From NCBI GenBank assembly GCA_902493665.1, contig CABUQL010000001.1:1-26507 (forward strand): DNA of 26,507 bases. Direction: 5' to 3'. The notes under the pieces were generated by a model, which worked only from the letters and a program-made list of their open reading frames with translations, searched no databases and was not told where the DNA came from. The stretch's first letter is position 1. Each line of letters opens with the position of its first letter. Of this stretch, positions 8,091 through 17,800 are shown in pieces. A program made the translations under genes and the position numbers. The stretch is from an uncultured Eubacteriales bacterium (GTDB taxonomy: Bacteria; Bacillota; Clostridia; UMGS1810).

Positions 8091-8543
8091 ATGGGATTTG
8101 ATATAACAAATAAAGAGTATGATGAAAAGGTAAAAAAGATTTCTCCGAATTCGAGAATTTTTGTCGATATGCTTCTGGCGTTTTTGATAGGCGGTGCAAT
8201 CTGTGCAGTCGGACAGGTGATTTTGGATTTTATTAAAAATGCGGGAATCGATAAGGAAACGGCGTCGGGCATGACGAGCGTTGTTATGATATTTATAGGA
8301 TCTTTTTTAACCGCAATAAACGTTTACGGCGACATTGCCGAATACGGCGGAGCGGGAACACTTGTGCCGATAACGGGTTTTGCAAACGGGATAGTGTCCT
8401 CGGCAATGGAATTTAAAAGCGAAGGGTACATTATGGGTATGGGTTCAAAAATGTTTACAATTGCAGGACCGGTGCTTGTTTTCGGGTCAATTGCTTCGTT
8501 TGTGTGCGGTGTTTTGTATTATCTTTATCTGCTCATTTTTTAG
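8091..8543 (+). CDS. spoVAC: Stage V sporulation protein AC
   Basis: AFLIGGAICAVGQ, GGAGTLVPITGFAN, KMFTIAGPVLVFG; GGAGG RBS before ATG 8091. Confidence 0.93.
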   Translation: MGFDITNKEYDEKVKKISPNSRIFVDMLLAFLIGGAICAVGQVILDFIKNAGIDKETASGMTSVVMIFIGSFLTAINVYGDIAEYGGAGTLVPITGFANGIVSSAMEFKSEGYIMGMGSKMFTIAGPVLVFGSIASFVCGVLYYLYLLIF

Positions 8544-8554
8544 CACAGGAAACC

Positions 8555-8683
8555 AAAACCCAATATGGTTTATAAAGGCAAATTTCTAATAATGCTTCGC
8601 CAAAATGCTCGTAAATCTTGCCGTATTTTCAAGGCGTTTGACGCAATAACGGCGAAAATCTCCATGTTAAACCAATACGGGTT
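8555..8683. mobile_element. Candidate MITE-like structured insertion with imperfect terminal inverted repeats
   Basis: AACCCAATATGGTTTA (8557-8572) versus TAAACCAATACGGGTT (8668-8683, reverse complement AACCCGTATTGGTTTA); internal hairpin TTGCCGTATT...AATAACGGCGAA. Confidence 0.4.
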
Positions 8684-8756
8684 CGGGTCCCGTTTGCCTA
8701 AGTCTCTGGTGCCTTTAGCGGATAATTAAAACTTAAATTTTTTGAGGTGACGCAAA

Positions 8757-9767
8757 ATGAATAAAAAAATCGGAAGGCAAACCGTAAAATTTGAAAATCC
8801 TCCCGTTATAAAAAGTACGTTTTCAACTGTCGGAAAAAAGGAGGGCGAAGGCCCTTACGGCACATATTTTGATGAGATTATTAATGACGAATTTATAGGC
8901 CGGAAAACATGGGAACAGGGTGAGAGCGAGCTTTTAAAGCAAACGGTAACGGGAGCGGCAAAAAAGTGTGCATTAAGTTTTTCCGACGCCGACTATATTT
9001 TTGCAGGCGACCTTTTAAATCAATGCATAAGTTCAAGTTTTGGCATAAAGGTGTTTGACGTTCCGTTTTTCGGACTTTTCGGCGCATGTTCAACCTTCGG
9101 CGAGGGAATGTCGCTCGGTGCGATGATGATAGACGGCGGATTTGCAAAAAACGTAATCTGTGCAACGTCGAGCCATTTTTGCAGTGCTGAAAAACAGTTC
9201 CGTTATCCCGTTGAATATGGAAGTGCAAGAACGCCGACATCTCAGTGGACCGTTACGGGAAGCGGAGCGGCGGTTATTTCAAACGAGGGAGAAGGTCCTA
9301 AAATAACGCATATTACAACAGGGAAGGTTGTGGATCTCGGCGTAACCGACGCAAACAATATGGGTGCGGCAATGGCGCCTGCCGCGGCAGATGTAATGTA
9401 TGCGCACTTTAGCGAAACAAAAAGAAGCCCCGATTATTACGATATGATAATAACGGGCGATCTTGCAGCGGTCGGTACAAAGCTTTGCAAAGACCTTTTG
9501 CTTGAAAAGGGACTTGATATTTCAAAAAATTACAACGACTGCGGATATATGATTTTTAATCATAAGGAGCAAAGCGTAAAATCGGGCGGAAGCGGCTGCG
9601 GCTGCTGCTCAAGTATGTTTTGTTCGTATTTTTACAAAAGACTTTGCGATAAAGAAATAAACAGACTTCTTTTTGTTCCCACAGGCGCTCTTTTAAGCCA
9701 GATTTCTGCATCGCAGGGCGCAACAATTCCGTCAATTGCCCATGCAATTGCGATTGAAAATTTGTAA
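8757..9767 (+). CDS. spoVAD: Stage V sporulation protein AD
   Basis: GKKEGEGP, AGDLLNQCISS, FGACST, SSHFCSAEKQFRYP, GGSGCGC, TGALLS. Confidence 0.96.
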   Translation: MNKKIGRQTVKFENPPVIKSTFSTVGKKEGEGPYGTYFDEIINDEFIGRKTWEQGESELLKQTVTGAAKKCALSFSDADYIFAGDLLNQCISSSFGIKVFDVPFFGLFGACSTFGEGMSLGAMMIDGGFAKNVICATSSHFCSAEKQFRYPVEYGSARTPTSQWTVTGSGAAVISNEGEGPKITHITTGKVVDLGVTDANNMGAAMAPAAADVMYAHFSETKRSPDYYDMIITGDLAAVGTKLCKDLLLEKGLDISKNYNDCGYMIFNHKEQSVKSGGSGCGCCSSMFCSYFYKRLCDKEINRLLFVPTGALLSQISASQGATIPSIAHAIAIENL

Positions 9768-9779
9768 GGCGGTGGTTTT

Positions 9780-10139
9780 ATGTTATTAAATGTGTTAAAT
9801 GCGTTTTGGGTCGGAGGGCTTTTGTGCGTTATTGCTCAGATTCTTATTGATAAAACAAAAATGACCCCTGCAAGAATTATGGTTTTGTATGTTGTGTGCG
9901 GTGCTTTTTTAACACTTGCAGGAGTTTACGATAAGGTTGTTAAAATCGGCGGAGCGGGCGCAACAGTGCCGATTATAGGGTTTGGATATTCGCTTGCAAA
10001 AGGCGCTGTTAAGGCGGTAAATGAACACGGATTTTTCGGAGCGTTTACGGGCGGAATAACCGCAACGTCGGGCGGAATTTGCGCAGCAATACTTTTCGGA
10101 TACCTTGCCGCACTTTTCTCAAAACCTAAAATAAAGTAA
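9780..10139 (+). CDS. spoVAE: Stage V sporulation protein AE (SpoVAEb-type)
   Basis: AFWVGGLLCVIAQILIDKTKMTPARI, GAGATVPIIGFG; follows spoVAD. Confidence 0.93.
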   Translation: MLLNVLNAFWVGGLLCVIAQILIDKTKMTPARIMVLYVVCGAFLTLAGVYDKVVKIGGAGATVPIIGFGYSLAKGAVKAVNEHGFFGAFTGGITATSGGICAAILFGYLAALFSKPKIK

Positions 10140-10143
10140 TAAA

Positions 10144-10190
10144 AAAAGAGGATGTTTAAAAACATATTGAGTTTTTAAATATCCTCTTTT
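10144..10190. terminator. Bidirectional terminator between convergent genes
   Basis: AAAAGAGGATGTTTAAAAAC...GTTTTTAAATATCCTCTTTT inverted repeat. Confidence 0.8.
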
Positions 10191-10231
10191 AAGTGCAAAC
10201 AAAAAACATTAAACAACGGTGCCTCAGCAAC

Positions 10232-11635
10232 TTATTTTCCCGAATTTTCCTGAGCTTGCTTTTTTAAATTTTCGTAATACTGAATTTCTTCTTGGTTCAT
10301 CGGTCTTATCTGATGCTCTGTTGTGCTCATATAAGCATATTGTCCGAACAGTGTTACTCCCACAAATTTTGCAGATGTTGCAACAAGAACGGCGTCGTGC
10401 TTGCTTGAACCCGACCATGTTGTGATAAGGTCTTTTGAAATATCTCTGTATGCCTCTTCATCGAGTATATTAACGTAAGTTGTTTCGCCCTTAAAGTCAA
10501 TACCCCAGTCTTTAAGAAGTTTGGCTTCGCTGCCGTTTTGGTCTTCTCTTCTGCCCCTGTAAAATACAGATTTTTCAGGACATACACCGTTTTCCATAAA
10601 CATTCCGCCTCTATACACATAATCGGGGGTTTTGCCGTAATATACTTTATAAAATCCCCAAATTGCGCCTGTCATATAGCTCGGATCGAGGTTGCTTTGC
10701 CTTTTTTCTTCATATTCTTTTACTGCACCAAAGCCTTCAGGAGGCAAATACGGCGAATAAGCATGCATAAAACCCCACGGATGCTGGTCATAAGCTAACC
10801 AGTCGGGATGGAGCACGTGGTCGATTGCTCCCCATGTATTGATATCCGAAAGAGTTCCGTCATAAGTTAAGTTTATTTTTTCTTCCGTCACATAAGGATG
10901 TCCGTAAAAATCTTTAAAATCCATAACATCTTTATAATATTCTTTTCTGTATTTTATCAGCTCATCTGTAAAATACTCACCCATTACAGTGCTTACAATC
11001 GGGTATGCGGTATAAAAAGTTGTGCCGTTTGCATTTCGGCCCGGAGTATCTCCGCCTGTTTTAACATTGCTGAAATCTCTCTTTACGCAATGCGCTGTAT
11101 TTGTAAGGGGGTCATAGTAAACCTGCGAACCCAAAAGCTCCGCTACATATCTGAACGGAAGCATGGTTCTGTTATTAACTATAACAGGGTAGATGTCTTT
11201 CGGAAAATAGAATACGGTTGCGGCTAGTTTATACATTGCTTGTGTTTCTTTTGTCTCCCACTGAACCGTAACAAACTTGTTTTCGCCAAGCTTTAAATAG
11301 TGTGTGGCGCCGGTGTCTTTTCCTTCAATGCCGTAGTTTTTAATTGATATAACTTTCCGTGCGTCGTCCCAGTTAACCTCCGCTCCGAGAGCCTCGGCAA
11401 GAAACCTTACGGGAACATACGTACGGTCATTTATAAGAATCGGCTTTTGGTCGGAAAAATCTATAAGATTTCCGTCAACCGCAAGCTTAATATCACTCTC
11501 CGGAGCAGTGTTTTCGGCAAATGCGCAGATGCTTAAAATCATAAGCATACAAAGAAAAAGCGATACTGCTTTTACGCCGAATTTTGCAAAAAATTTCTTT
11601 TTAAAGCATAGTTTTTTTAAAAAGTTCCCCTTCAA
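10232..11635 (-). CDS. Secreted stalk (copper-amine-oxidase-N) domain protein with an unknown, possibly CAP-like C-terminus
   Basis: Signal peptide ending AFA; RTYVPVRFLAEALGAEVNWD and RTMLPFRYVAELLGSQVYYD; the TTG start is uncertain. Confidence 0.75.
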   Translation of the reverse strand: MKGNFLKKLCFKKKFFAKFGVKAVSLFLCMLMILSICAFAENTAPESDIKLAVDGNLIDFSDQKPILINDRTYVPVRFLAEALGAEVNWDDARKVISIKNYGIEGKDTGATHYLKLGENKFVTVQWETKETQAMYKLAATVFYFPKDIYPVIVNNRTMLPFRYVAELLGSQVYYDPLTNTAHCVKRDFSNVKTGGDTPGRNANGTTFYTAYPIVSTVMGEYFTDELIKYRKEYYKDVMDFKDFYGHPYVTEEKINLTYDGTLSDINTWGAIDHVLHPDWLAYDQHPWGFMHAYSPYLPPEGFGAVKEYEEKRQSNLDPSYMTGAIWGFYKVYYGKTPDYVYRGGMFMENGVCPEKSVFYRGRREDQNGSEAKLLKDWGIDFKGETTYVNILDEEAYRDISKDLITTWSGSSKHDAVLVATSAKFVGVTLFGQYAYMSTTEHQIRPMNQEEIQYYENLKKQAQENSGK

Positions 11636-11811
11636 ATTAAAATCACCCTAAATTTTAAATTTCCCCAAATAAAATAATGCGGTTTTCCGTTTGATTTTAA
11701 ACGGCTAATATACATATAAATTATATTTTATTTTCCATTAAATGTCAATAAAAATTAAAAAACAAATATTTTTTTTGATTATTTGAATTTTATGTTGTTT
11801 TTTTATTCATT

Positions 11812-11861
11812 AAAAAAGAGGCTGTTAAAAACCTGATTCGGTTTTTATATAGCCTCTTTTT
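11812..11861 (-). terminator. Intrinsic terminator downstream of the PBP gene
   Basis: AAAAAAGAGGCT...AGCCTCTTTTT inverted repeat. Confidence 0.75.
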
Positions 11862-11867
11862 GTTTTT

Positions 11868-14144
11868 TTATTGTCCCGTAAGGTCAATAATGGGTTTATC
11901 GCCCGTACCCGAAGGTGTTGAAGGTGAAGACGGCTGTGAAGGAGTACTCGGCGGTGTTGTTGCTCCGCCCGGTCCCGAAGGATTTTGCGTATTGTTTTCG
12001 TTTTCCGAACTGCCGTTTTCGTCAGTTTTGTTTTTGTTATTTTTCTTATTATCTTTTTCTGATGAAGACGAAGACGGTGTGTACGAAAGCTCATACGGAG
12101 ATTTTGTCACATTATGGCTCGTGCAGTATGATGAAGGCTTTGACGCCCTTGTAACATATTCGCTTACGCCGTTGCACCTTGATGTTGCAAGTTTTCCGGA
12201 AATCGGGCATATTGTAACTTTTTTGACAGTGTCGGGTTTTTCAAATTCTTTTGCTTTAAGGTCTTTGTGAATCTTATCCATAACCCTTTTCCAAATTTTA
12301 AGCGACGGATTTCCCGAAATGCCATATATCCTTTGCGGTGTGTCATATCCGTACCATGTAACGCCGCAGTAGTAGGGGGTAAAACCCGCAAACCATCTGT
12401 TTGTGTCATTATCGGTCGTACCCGTTTTTCCGGCGGTGTCCATATTGTTGATTTTTGCGCCGTAACCCGTTCCGCTTGTGACAACGCCTTTCATAATATC
12501 GCAGAGAATAAATGCCGCATCTTCGCTGAAAACTTTATTTGATTTTGTTTTTGTATTATCTATAATTGTGTTTCCTGCAGAATCTGTTATTTTGGTGTAT
12601 GCAATCGGTTCATGATACTGTCCGCCGTTTACGATTGAACTGTAAGCCGCCGTCATTTCAAGAACGCTCACTCCGTGTGTCATTCCACCGAGTGCCATTG
12701 AAGCCAAGTTTTTGTCATCGTCCGTCAAAGACGAAAAATGCATTTTTTCCGTTAAATATTCATACGAAACCTCGGGCGTAAGTTTTAAGCCGATGTTAAT
12801 TGCCGGAATGTTTTGCGATTTCATTATCGCCCTTCTCATAGACATTGAACCTGTAAATGTTCTGCTGTCGTTTTTAGGCTCCCATTTGCCTATTTTTAAG
12901 GGTTTGTCGTTTATTGTCGATGACGCATTGTAGATTCCCGTATCAAGCGCCGGACCGTAGATTGAAAGCGGTTTTATGGAAGAACCCGGCTGTCTTACGC
13001 TTTGCCATGCTCGGTTTAAAACAAGTTTTCCCGTCTTTTTGCCGATACCGCCTATCATACCTTTAATCTGACCTGTATACGGGTCGGAAATTACCATTGC
13101 ACTCTGAACACGTTCGCCTTTTGAGTTTTTAATAAACGCGTTGTCGTTTTTGTATTCTTCGTCCATTGCCGACTGAATATCCGTATCTATGGTTGCATAA
13201 ATTTTAAGTCCGCCGTTGTTTAAAGTTTTTGCGGCGGCTTCTTTTGTGCAGCCGTTTGTTTTCATTATGTCGGAAATGGCTTTTTCTATGATGTAATCGG
13301 TAAAATACGAGTTTGCGTCCTCGTGTTTTCCCATTGTGTCTTTTTCGGTGAATTCAAGTTTGGTGTTTATCGCTTCGTCATATTCGTCCTGCGAAATATA
13401 TTCAAGTTCAAGCATTTTGTCAAGAACAAGCTTTCGCTTTTTTTCGTTTTTTTCGGGATTTGTTATCGGGTCAAATTCCGCCGGATACTGTGTTATTCCT
13501 GCAAGCGACGCAGACTGTGCCAAAGAAAGGTCGGATGCATGTATTCCGAAATATCTGTTTGCCGCTGTTTCAACGCCGTAGCAGTTTTGTCCGAAATAAA
13601 CCGTGTTAAGATAAAGCTCCAAAATCTCTGTTTTGTCAAGCCTTTTTTCCAAAGCGACGGCTCTTACCATTTCTCTTATTTTTCTTGCCTTACTGTGTTC
13701 TTTATCGCCGGTAAGGTTTTTTATAAGCTGTTGTGTGAGCGTGCTTCCGCCGTAGGTTGAACCTCCCGTAAGCTCTTTAATCACCGCTCCCGCTGTTCTT
13801 TTTATATCAACGCCCTTATGATGATAAAATCTTTCGTCCTCAATTGCAACTATTGCGTTTTGCATATCGGGCGGCATTGAGTCGATATTTATCCATATTC
13901 TGTTTTCCTCAGACTGAATATGGGCGTATTCAACATACTTTCCGCTTTTTTTATCAAGACTGTAAATTGTGGAGTTGAGTTTTAAACCGTTGTCTTTTAT
14001 TTCATCTATAAAGCTGAAATCGGAATCGGAAAAAATCCATATTGCAAATACGGAAACTCCCATTACAAACATGACAATAAGTGTTATAAATGTGCAGAGA
14101 AAAAAACGTGCTGCTTTATATCCTGCCGATTTTTTTTGCGACAT
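11868..14144 (-). CDS. Class A penicillin-binding protein (PBP1A family transglycosylase/transpeptidase)
   Basis: GT51 motifs EDERFYHHKGVD, GGSTLTQQLIKN, RKIRE; transpeptidase motifs SSIK, SQN, KTG; low-complexity S/P/N tail; GGAGGTG RBS before ATG 14144. Confidence 0.95.
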   Translation of the reverse strand: MSQKKSAGYKAARFFLCTFITLIVMFVMGVSVFAIWIFSDSDFSFIDEIKDNGLKLNSTIYSLDKKSGKYVEYAHIQSEENRIWINIDSMPPDMQNAIVAIEDERFYHHKGVDIKRTAGAVIKELTGGSTYGGSTLTQQLIKNLTGDKEHSKARKIREMVRAVALEKRLDKTEILELYLNTVYFGQNCYGVETAANRYFGIHASDLSLAQSASLAGITQYPAEFDPITNPEKNEKKRKLVLDKMLELEYISQDEYDEAINTKLEFTEKDTMGKHEDANSYFTDYIIEKAISDIMKTNGCTKEAAAKTLNNGGLKIYATIDTDIQSAMDEEYKNDNAFIKNSKGERVQSAMVISDPYTGQIKGMIGGIGKKTGKLVLNRAWQSVRQPGSSIKPLSIYGPALDTGIYNASSTINDKPLKIGKWEPKNDSRTFTGSMSMRRAIMKSQNIPAINIGLKLTPEVSYEYLTEKMHFSSLTDDDKNLASMALGGMTHGVSVLEMTAAYSSIVNGGQYHEPIAYTKITDSAGNTIIDNTKTKSNKVFSEDAAFILCDIMKGVVTSGTGYGAKINNMDTAGKTGTTDNDTNRWFAGFTPYYCGVTWYGYDTPQRIYGISGNPSLKIWKRVMDKIHKDLKAKEFEKPDTVKKVTICPISGKLATSRCNGVSEYVTRASKPSSYCTSHNVTKSPYELSYTPSSSSSEKDNKKNNKNKTDENGSSENENNTQNPSGPGGATTPPSTPSQPSSPSTPSGTGDKPIIDLTGQ

Positions 14145-14383
14145 AGTCTGTATAACACCTCCTTGTAACAAATCATACCACATTAAATGTATAAAATCAA
14201 ACATTTTAGCGCCGATTTTGGTTAAATTTTCATTACAATTATGTTTCTTCTCCCACTTTCGCCAAAAAACACGTGATTTTTTGGGATTTTGATAAAATTT
14301 GCCTGTTTAAACCGTATTGTGTTCCTAGGCTTTTAGTACTAAAATTTTATTTTTAATTTTCTTAAAATTATTCAAACTGCATA

Positions 14384-14412
14384 TTGTATATATTAGAAAT
14401 ATATGGTACAAT
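14384..14412 (+). promoter_or_regulatory. sigmaA promoter for the riboswitch leader
   Basis: TTGTAT (14384-14389)-17 bp-TACAAT (14407-14412) with extended TG. Confidence 0.65.
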
Positions 14413-14434
14413 AAACAAAAATAAATATTCACAC

Positions 14435-14625
14435 AAAGTGTCGGTTATGCCGCATATTAAAAAGGCATAACGGGTGAAAAGGGAATCGGGTGAAAATCCC
14501 GGGCGTTTAACAGTCGCCGTGTGCACAAAGCATTTTATCCTAAGGCGAAAGCCGGTCATTGGGAAACTGAGAAGGCTGCGGATAATTTTTGCGTTTTAAA
14601 GTGCGAAGCCGGAAGACCTGCTTTG
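14435..14625 (+). promoter_or_regulatory. Cobalamin riboswitch
   Basis: GTTATGCC...GGCATAAC stem; AAAAGGGAATCGGGTGAAAATCCCG; CATTGGGAAACTGAGAAGG; B12 box AGCCGGAAGACCTGC. Confidence 0.92.
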
Positions 14626-14752
14626 ATGCCGTTTCGCAAAGCGTTTTTTAAAAACGAAGAAAGGGCAGTTTTGACGCATTAAAAAGCTTTTTAAATTGCT
14701 TTAAAATGCTTTTGTTTGCGTGCAATTTGTGATACTTCACAGGAAAACTCTG

Positions 14753-14787
14753 CTGTGGTAATTTTTTAAATTACCGCAGTTTTTTTA
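14753..14787 (+). terminator. Attenuator terminator of the riboswitch leader
   Basis: CTGTGGTAATTT...AAATTACCGCAG followed by a T run, upstream of the CDS. Confidence 0.85.
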
Positions 14788-14893
14788 TTTGCGGCACCGG
14801 GGACTCTGTGAGTTCGAGTTACCGGCGCCTTATGATGTAAAATCTTATTGATATTGCGGCAGAATTAATATTATTAAAGAAAGGATTTCAAAA

Positions 14894-17800
14894 ATGAAAA
14901 CAAAATTTTCAAAAATCTTGGCATTTATTCTTTGCGCTTTAATGATTTTTTCAAGCGTAAGCGTATTTGCCGAAAACCGGATTGAAAATATGTTTGACCT
15001 TCCGGAAGTTTCGGACGAAGAAATGTCGGACATATTAGGTATCACACCCGATGAACCGGAGAATGTGCAAATCTGCCCCGAAGAGGATGTTTTGGACACA
15101 CACGAAACGGAAAATAATGATTTTGACGTTTCGGAGGAAAAAAGCACAATTTACGTATCCGATGCATCGCAGCTTTCAGCTCTCGGCGGACAGACGGTAA
15201 CAGACGATATCGAGCTTTTAAACGACATCGATATGGCAGATACCGAAATGGAACCGATTGAGTCGTTTTCGGGAAATTTTAAAGGAAACGGCTTCAAAAT
15301 CAAAAACCTTACAATCGAAAAAGAATTTACGGGTTATAACAGTGATTATGACGGCGCGGCTCTCATAAGAACAATTACGGGAAACTCCGAAATAACGGGC
15401 GTTATTTTTGAAAACCCCTCCGTCACATTAAAATCAAGTGCGTCATATAAAGGCGCTGCCGTTGTTGCGGCAAGCGCAAAAGGCGTAAACGTTAAAATTT
15501 CAAACTGTGCGGTTGTCGGCGGAAGCGTTGTTACAAAAAGCAGCTCGACGTCGTTTGCGGGTTCGTTTGTCGGCGCAATAACAAATGAAGGCACAGAAGG
15601 CGCATATCTTACAATTTCCGATTCTTTTTCAAGCGCAGATGTAAAATTTGAAAAAGAATCACGCGAAGGCACGCATTACATAGGCGGATTTTTGGGATTT
15701 TTAATGAATTCTTCGTTCGCCTCGGAAAACTGCGTAATGTTCGGCAATGTGAGCGCATCAACTTCTTATAACATTGGAAATGCCGGCGGATTTATAGGAA
15801 ATATTAACGGCTCAAATTCCGGAAAAAGTATCAGCTTTGAAAACTCACTTTTTACCGGGACTGTTTCCGGCGGCAACAATTACGGTTTTGCGTACAGCGG
15901 AAGATATGCATATCCCGAAATAAGTGTTTTGGGCAGCTGCCGGTACGATAACGAAAAAAACAAATCACAGTCAAGCTGGTCGCCGTTTGAAGTGTTTAGT
16001 TCAAAAGCTAAAGTTACGGGAAAAGTTAACGGAATAAAAACCGCTGATTTTGCATCGCTTGATATGGGCGAAGCGTTTAAAATATCGGAGGGATATCCTT
16101 ATCCTGCTTGGTTTGTAAAAGAAAGCGAAACACATAAAATTGAAATCACGGTAAACCCGAAGGATGCATCGGTTTCGCTTACAGATGAAAACGGCGCCGA
16201 AGTTTCGCTTGAGAAAAACGACAATGTGTATTCGGCAGATGTTGAAAGCGGAAAATATTATCTTACGGTTTCTCCGAAAGATGACGAATACGAAGAAGAA
16301 AAACGCGAAATAAACATCGGAAACATTGATGAAATTATCAGCATTTCTTTAAAAGCAAAAAAATACGATGTTTCATTTAATGTAAATCCGAAAACTGCGG
16401 ATGTTGCTTTATATGAAGGAAACGAAAAAGGCGAAAACGCTTTAAACCCGAATGATAACGGCGTATACTCTGTTAAAAAAGGCGATTATTATTACGAAAT
16501 ATCCGATTTCGGATATATTTCAAAGAGCGGTGTGATTTCCGTTTCGGAAAACAAAACATACGAAATCACATTGGAAAAAGCAAAAACATATAAAGTTGAA
16601 TTCAGCATTTATCCGAAAAACGCCGACGCAAAAATAACTCTTACAAGAGCTGACGGCGACAAACGCGAGTTTTCGGGAGAAAACAATGTATTCTGCCTTC
16701 CCGAAGGAAGTTACGATTACAAAGTATCGGCAGACTCGTTTAAAACAAAATCTGCAAGCATATATGTAAGTGAAGATAAAAACATTTTTGTAAAACTCTC
16801 TGACGGCGAAAGCTGGGACGGCACATCATCGCAAAGTCTTTCGGGCGAAGGAACAAAAGAAAGCCCGTATGTTATAAAAAGCGGCGCCGACCTTGCGTTT
16901 TTTGCATCAAAGGTTAACGAAGGCGATGCATCGTATGTAAGTGCAAATTACATTTTGCAAAGCGATATTGATTTGTCTTACAATGTATGGACTCCGATCG
17001 GAAGAACATCTGCCGTTCCGTTTAAAGGTACATTTGACGGAAACGGTCACAAAATAACGGGAATAAATGTGTCCGACGCCGAAAAAAGCGTTTATGCTTA
17101 CTACGGTCTTTTCGGTTGTCTTTATGATGCAAACGTTAAAAACCTTTCAATCGGCGGTGAAATCTACTGCACCGAAAGCAGCGCAAATGTCGGTTCGCTT
17201 GCAGGAAGTGCGGTAGGAAACACAACAATTGAAAACTGCTTCTCGTCGGCGGTAATTTCGTCTTACGCAGGCGCACCGACGGGCGGTTTTGTGGGATTTG
17301 CAAGAAAGAGCGACGATATAGGTTACACCTGGGTTGACAACGCAGTTTTATTTAAAAATTGTTTGTTCGGCGGAAGTATTTATATGTCGGGCGAAGATGA
17401 AAATATGTTTTCACAGGGCGCGGCAGGCGGAATACTCGGCTACAGCAAAAACTGCTCACAGTTTTTAAACTGTGCAAACACAGGAAAAATAACAGGTTCG
17501 TTTAATGCAGCCGGAATTTGCGGCGATGTCGGAAGCGCACAGGGCGACAATTCACATCCGTACGTTAAAAACTGCTACAATGCAGGGTATGTTTCGGGTA
17601 ATGCAAAAACGTTTCCCATCTACGGCGGAAGACTTTCCGAAAGTTATGTTATAAACTGCTATGCAATCGGCGGAAACGGCAAAAACGATTATGTTGCCGA
17701 AAAAGACGGTGAATATTTAAAATCGGAAGAATTTTTAACCGCTTTGGCAGATGAAGAAACAACATGGATTAAAAACGAAAACGAAAATAACGGATATCCG

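Noticed and set aside
14368..14559. 63-aa minus-strand ORF
   Set aside because: Antisense to the cobalamin riboswitch.
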